Source of the DNA: Candidatus Baldrarchaeum yapensis
Lineage (GTDB): Archaea; Asgardarchaeota; Baldrarchaeia; Baldrarchaeales; Baldrarchaeaceae
Reading direction: 5' to 3'
Length of the DNA stretch: 64,000 nt
Assembly (NCBI GenBank): GCA_016840465.1
Contig: JAEOSH010000006.1
Location: 2,886-66,885 of the forward strand
Part shown: positions 60,416-64,000 of the stretch, piece by piece
Numbering within the stretch: position 1 is the stretch's first letter
How the letters are laid out: each line of letters opens with the position of its first letter
Notes under the pieces: model-generated
Told to the model about the DNA's origin: nothing
The model's input: only the letters and a program-made list of their open reading frames with translations
Database searches by the model: none
Program-made: the position numbers and the translations under genes

Positions 60416-60463
60416 ATCTACTTATGAGTAGTCTACTATAAAGTAGACTACTCATAAGTAGAT
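60416..60463. promoter_or_regulatory. 48-bp inverted repeat (22-nt perfect arms, 4-nt spacer) centred on TATAAA, 11 nt upstream of the second ATPase-nuclease gene
   Basis: Read directly: ATCTACTTATGAGTAGTCTACT-ATAA-AGTAGACTACTCATAAGTAGAT. The centre reads CTATAAAG, and 'AAGGGGA' lies between the repeat and the ATG. Confidence 0.5.
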
Positions 60464-60474
60464 AAGGGGATGAC

Positions 60475-61896
60475 ATGCAGAATCACGCTTTTATCAATAG
60501 AGAGAAGGAACTCTCCGTTCTGCATGAGCGGTTTAAAACATCCCGTGCTGAGCTCATAGTGGTGTACGGAAGAAGACGCGTGGGGAAGACCACAATACTA
60601 AAGGAGTTCCTGAAAAGAGTAGGTGGAGTGTATTTCCTCGGCAGACAAGAATCGGAATTAGATCAGTTGCGCAGGTTTTCCTCGATACTTGCAAGATACT
60701 TCGGAGACAAGTTCTTAGAAAAGAGTCCATTTACGAACTGGGATGGACTTTTTGAGTACCTTGCCAGCAAGGCTGAGAATCAACGAGTAGTGGTGATATT
60801 CGATGAGTTTCCGTATATGGTTTCTAGTTGCCCTAAACTGCCATCAATATTGCAGGACTTCTGGGATAACAGATTATCATATACGAAGATCTTCATAGTA
60901 CTTTGCGGCTCCAGCATCGGAATGATGGAGGAGATAATCGGTGGTAAAAGCCCACTTTACGGTAGAAGAACCGGACAACTACGTATAGGTCCCCTTAAAT
61001 TCTCTGATGTCCGGAAGTTTTTTCCTAAGTACACATTTAGAGACCAAATAACTGTATATGCCGTTTTGGGCGGGACTCCCGCATATCTCGTCCAATTTGA
61101 TACTCAAAAGAATATCATGTCAAACATCGAGGAGAACGTACTAAGGACAGATGCATTCCTTTATCAGGACCCTCTCTTCGTGCTCAGGGAAGAAATAGAA
61201 GAACCGCGGTTCTATTTCTCAATACTTAAAGCAATAGCCTATGGCGCAACGCGTCTGTCAGACATAATTAATCTCACAGGCCTAGGGAAGGGATTGGTTT
61301 CAAAATATATTGCAACACTAATAGACCTAGATCTAATTAAGCGTGAAGTTCCTGTCACAGAGAAACACCCCGAAAAGTCCAGAAAGGGAATTTACAAAAT
61401 AAAAGACCACTTTTTCAGATTCTGGTTCCGTTTCATATATCCTCACATGGAAGAAATTGAACTTGGCGACACAAAGTTCATAATCGACACTATAGAGCGC
61501 AACCTCCAAGAGTTCGTAGCTCCTGTGTTTGAAGAAATCTGCATGGAGGCCCTTAAGATTCTTAACTTAAAAAATAAACTGCCAACTCGTTTTTTACAGT
61601 TCGGAAAATGGTGGAATAGAGGAGAAGAGATAGACATAGTTGCATTAGATCCTCGCACAAAATGCATGCTGGTCGCAGAATGTAAATGGAGCACAAAACC
61701 AGTTTCTGCATCAGAACTCGGTAGGCTTGTTGAAAAAGCAGAACTTGTGGAGTGGATGAACGACACTAGGAAAACCTTCTATGCATACTTTTCCTCGGGC
61801 GGCTTTACAAAATCAGCATATAGTGTTGCACAAGAATACAACATCTTTACATTTGATCTAGAAAAACTGGAGAAAATTTTCAGTAATAAAGTTTAG
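60475..61896 (+). CDS. Arch-ATPase (AAA+) fused to a C-terminal DUF234-type PD-(D/E)xK nuclease-like domain (paralog of 37299-38885)
   Basis: Walker A 'VVYGRRRVGKTTIL', Walker B 'VVIFDEFPY', and a C-terminal 'EEIDIVALDPRTKCMLVAECKWS' (D…ExK). Confidence 0.75.
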   Translation: MQNHAFINREKELSVLHERFKTSRAELIVVYGRRRVGKTTILKEFLKRVGGVYFLGRQESELDQLRRFSSILARYFGDKFLEKSPFTNWDGLFEYLASKAENQRVVVIFDEFPYMVSSCPKLPSILQDFWDNRLSYTKIFIVLCGSSIGMMEEIIGGKSPLYGRRTGQLRIGPLKFSDVRKFFPKYTFRDQITVYAVLGGTPAYLVQFDTQKNIMSNIEENVLRTDAFLYQDPLFVLREEIEEPRFYFSILKAIAYGATRLSDIINLTGLGKGLVSKYIATLIDLDLIKREVPVTEKHPEKSRKGIYKIKDHFFRFWFRFIYPHMEEIELGDTKFIIDTIERNLQEFVAPVFEEICMEALKILNLKNKLPTRFLQFGKWWNRGEEIDIVALDPRTKCMLVAECKWSTKPVSASELGRLVEKAELVEWMNDTRKTFYAYFSSGGFTKSAYSVAQEYNIFTFDLEKLEKIFSNKV

Positions 61897-62076
61897 AAAT
61901 CCAATGGGGAAGAAATTGCCGTAGGCGGGCCCTTCCGATGTCGTAGTATGCTTAGTCGCAATGCTACTTTAAAGGAATAGGATAAAAATCATAAGTGTGA
62001 TATTTCCCTAAAGTTCCATAAATCTGCACCGCATCCTACGCACCGATTCACGGAAAGAATCCCCGAAGTGATTCCC

Positions 62077-63525
62077 ATGAGCGATGAAAAGAAGAAAGAG
62101 GAGGCAAAATATCTGTTTAATGTCCCCAAATCGGACTTCTCGCGATGGTACGAGGAGATTTTAGAGAAGGCGGATATCATTGATAAGCGATACCCCGTAA
62201 AGGGAATGCTTGTATGGAAACCTTACGGGTTTAAGGCGTTGAAGCTTATGCGTAGAATAATGGAAGAGTTGCTGGATAAGTACGGTCATCAGGAAGCATA
62301 CTTCCCAGCGCTAATACCCGAAGAGGTATTTGAGAAGGAGAGAGACTTCCTAGAGGGTTTCAGCGGAGAAACATTTGTCGTGGAGGGGACATTAACGAAG
62401 AAGTTAGGTCGGCGTCTGCTCCTTAGACCCACGAGTGAGACCGTGATGTATTACATGTTCAGTCAGTGGATAACCTCCCATAGGGATCTACCCCTGAAAA
62501 TCTACCAAACAGTAAACGTCTTCAGATATGAAACTGAACATACGCGTCCCATAATTAGGGTTCGCGAAATAATGAACTTCATAGAGGCGCATACCGCTCA
62601 CGCAACACCAGAGGAGGCAGAGGCGCAAATAAAGGAAGGAATACAGATATATAAGAAATTCTTCGACCGCCTCTGCTTAGCATACGTGATCTTACGAACT
62701 CCCAAGTGGGATACCTTTGCTGGCGCCGAGTACAACTACGACTTCTTCACGTTAATGCCCGACGGCCGTGCGATCGAAATGGGATCCGTAATAAATCTTG
62801 GACAGAAGTTCGCAAAAGCCTTTGACATAAAATACATGAAGCCAGACGGAACGTACGAATACGTCTATCAGACGTGCTACGGAGTATCCGAGAGAGCACT
62901 TGCAATAACGATCTCGATTCACGGAGATGATAGAGGAATAATATTCCCGAGCGAGATAGCACCCATACAGGTGATAATAGTCCCCGTTATATTCAAGGGA
63001 GAGCAAGAGGACGTTATGAAAAAGTGCTTAAGGTTGCGCGATGAACTAAGTAAGCACTTCCGAGTTGAGGTGGATTTGTCCGAAAAGACTCCGGGCTATA
63101 AGTATTACTACTGGGAAATGAAGGGAGTACCTGTCAGACTGGAAATAGGCCCTAGAGAAGTCAAAAACTATGAAGTGACGGTCGTCAGAAGAGATACAGG
63201 AGAGAAAAGAAGAGTACCCGATAGCGCGCTGGTAGAGGAAATAAAAAGGACCTTGGAGGACATAGACAGAAATCTGCGTAAAAAAGCGGAAGAATTTCTA
63301 ATGAGTAGTATACGTGAAGTTTCATCACTCGAAGAGGTGCTGGCGCATATGAACGGAACACTAATAAAGGTACCATGGTGTGGTGACGATGACTGCGGGA
63401 TGAAAATAGAGGAGCGCACGGGACTTAAGGCGTTGGGTTACGATCCCGAGGAGGAATGCAAAAGAGACTGCGTGATTTGTCGAAGACCGGGAAAGTACTA
63501 CCTGTGGATTGGAAACAAATATTAA
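62077..63525 (+). CDS. proS: prolyl-tRNA synthetase (archaeal/eukaryotic type)
   Basis: Class II motifs 'LLLRPTSET', 'FRYE' and 'IRVREIM', with a C-terminal Zn-binding region ending '…YLWIGNKY'. The track ORF opens 9 nt earlier at 62068. Confidence 0.9.
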   Translation: MSDEKKKEEAKYLFNVPKSDFSRWYEEILEKADIIDKRYPVKGMLVWKPYGFKALKLMRRIMEELLDKYGHQEAYFPALIPEEVFEKERDFLEGFSGETFVVEGTLTKKLGRRLLLRPTSETVMYYMFSQWITSHRDLPLKIYQTVNVFRYETEHTRPIIRVREIMNFIEAHTAHATPEEAEAQIKEGIQIYKKFFDRLCLAYVILRTPKWDTFAGAEYNYDFFTLMPDGRAIEMGSVINLGQKFAKAFDIKYMKPDGTYEYVYQTCYGVSERALAITISIHGDDRGIIFPSEIAPIQVIIVPVIFKGEQEDVMKKCLRLRDELSKHFRVEVDLSEKTPGYKYYYWEMKGVPVRLEIGPREVKNYEVTVVRRDTGEKRRVPDSALVEEIKRTLEDIDRNLRKKAEEFLMSSIREVSSLEEVLAHMNGTLIKVPWCGDDDCGMKIEERTGLKALGYDPEEECKRDCVICRRPGKYYLWIGNKY

Positions 63526-63880
63526 CGCTAGTCCGTTGCTACCTGCATTAAGCATTACTTTTATGGGGCCACGATCACTGCCAGAATTATTGGATCCAGC
63601 AATTCATAAAATACATCAACTGGCACATTTCCACGCAAGACATACCGTTACGTAAGGTCTCCACCTTATCGCCCTAGTATTTCCTACCATATGTCAATTG
63701 GAGCACCTCGGAATCGCTACCAGTTCGTAAATAGTTTCAAAACCTCATAAAAGTATATAAACCCATTAGGGAAGTGGGATCTATCGGTAAACCCGTAAAT
63801 CACAGGTTGTTCCGACAGATACACTTCCCTGACATATTCGAGTATTAGTCCACACTTAAGCGTTCAGGGTTGATGCACCT

Positions 63881-64000
63881 ATGGAAAGGGTTTCCTGCGG
63901 GATTAAAGAAATAGACGAAATATTGGGTGGCGGTTTCCCCCGTGGCTCCCTAATCTTATTATTAGGCGACCCAGGCGCGGGCAAATTTGCCTTTTGCAAC
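63881..64000 (+). CDS. KaiC/RadB-like RecA-superfamily ATPase, N-terminal fragment truncated by the window end
   Basis: 'GIKEIDEILGGGFPRGSLILLLGDPGAGK' is the typical KaiC/RadA-like N-terminus. It continues beyond position 64000. Confidence 0.5.
   Translation, partial: MERVSCGIKEIDEILGGGFPRGSLILLLGDPGAGKFAFCN

Noticed and set aside
1-64000. Scan for rRNA, tRNA, CRISPR repeats, IS elements and integrases.
   Set aside because: No spaced direct repeats, no tRNA-like cloverleaf candidates in the intergenic regions I inspected, and no transposase or integrase-like ORFs. The window appears to be core chromosome.
63881-64000. P-loop of the terminal KaiC/RadB-like fragment reads 'GDPGAGKFAF', lacking the usual Thr/Ser after Lys, which would suggest an inactive ATPase.
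   Set aside because: The gene is truncated by the window edge, and my single-base reading is uncertain. That is not enough to claim degeneracy.

Overview
This 64 kb window looks like ordinary archaeal chromosome rather than a mobile island. It has dense coding on both strands, about 45% GC, and a gene set typical of an acidophilic euryarchaeon of the Thermoplasmata type. About 55 protein genes are supportable from the ORF track and are listed below. I could find no rRNA genes, tRNA genes, CRISPR arrays, transposases or integrases.

Landmarks are a divergently transcribed cobN / ChlD-like chelatase pair, a translationally coupled nurA–orfX–herA–mre11–rad50 double-strand-break resection operon, mevalonate-pathway thiolase/HMG-CoA synthase genes, an iscS–iscU pair, and a prolyl-tRNA synthetase.

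The most interesting items are:
- **Palindromic promoter elements.** Two paralogous AAA-ATPase/nuclease genes (about 37.3 kb and 60.5 kb) are each preceded by a long perfect palindrome centred on a TATA-like sequence. Both palindromes carry inverted copies of the same 10-mer.
- **orfX.** An uncharacterised 218-aa gene sits inside the nurA–herA–mre11–rad50 operon.
- **Surface/export operon.** A five-gene operon (25.8–31.4 kb) encodes two membrane-anchored extracytoplasmic proteins, an ABC-2 transporter and a large polytopic membrane protein.
- **SWIM helicase.** A Ski2/Hel308-like helicase carries an embedded SWIM zinc finger.
- **Gene decay.** Three loci are broken by frameshifts in the track: a cooC-like ATPase, a Sir2 paralog and a MaoC-type dehydratase pair.
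- **Domain fusions.** An MFS transporter is fused to a DUF47/PhoU-like domain, and HMG-CoA synthase is fused to DUF35.

CDS boundaries follow the supplied ORF track and are reliable. Element coordinates read by eye, such as palindromes and motifs, may be off by a nucleotide or two. Every family assignment is by motif recall, not database search.
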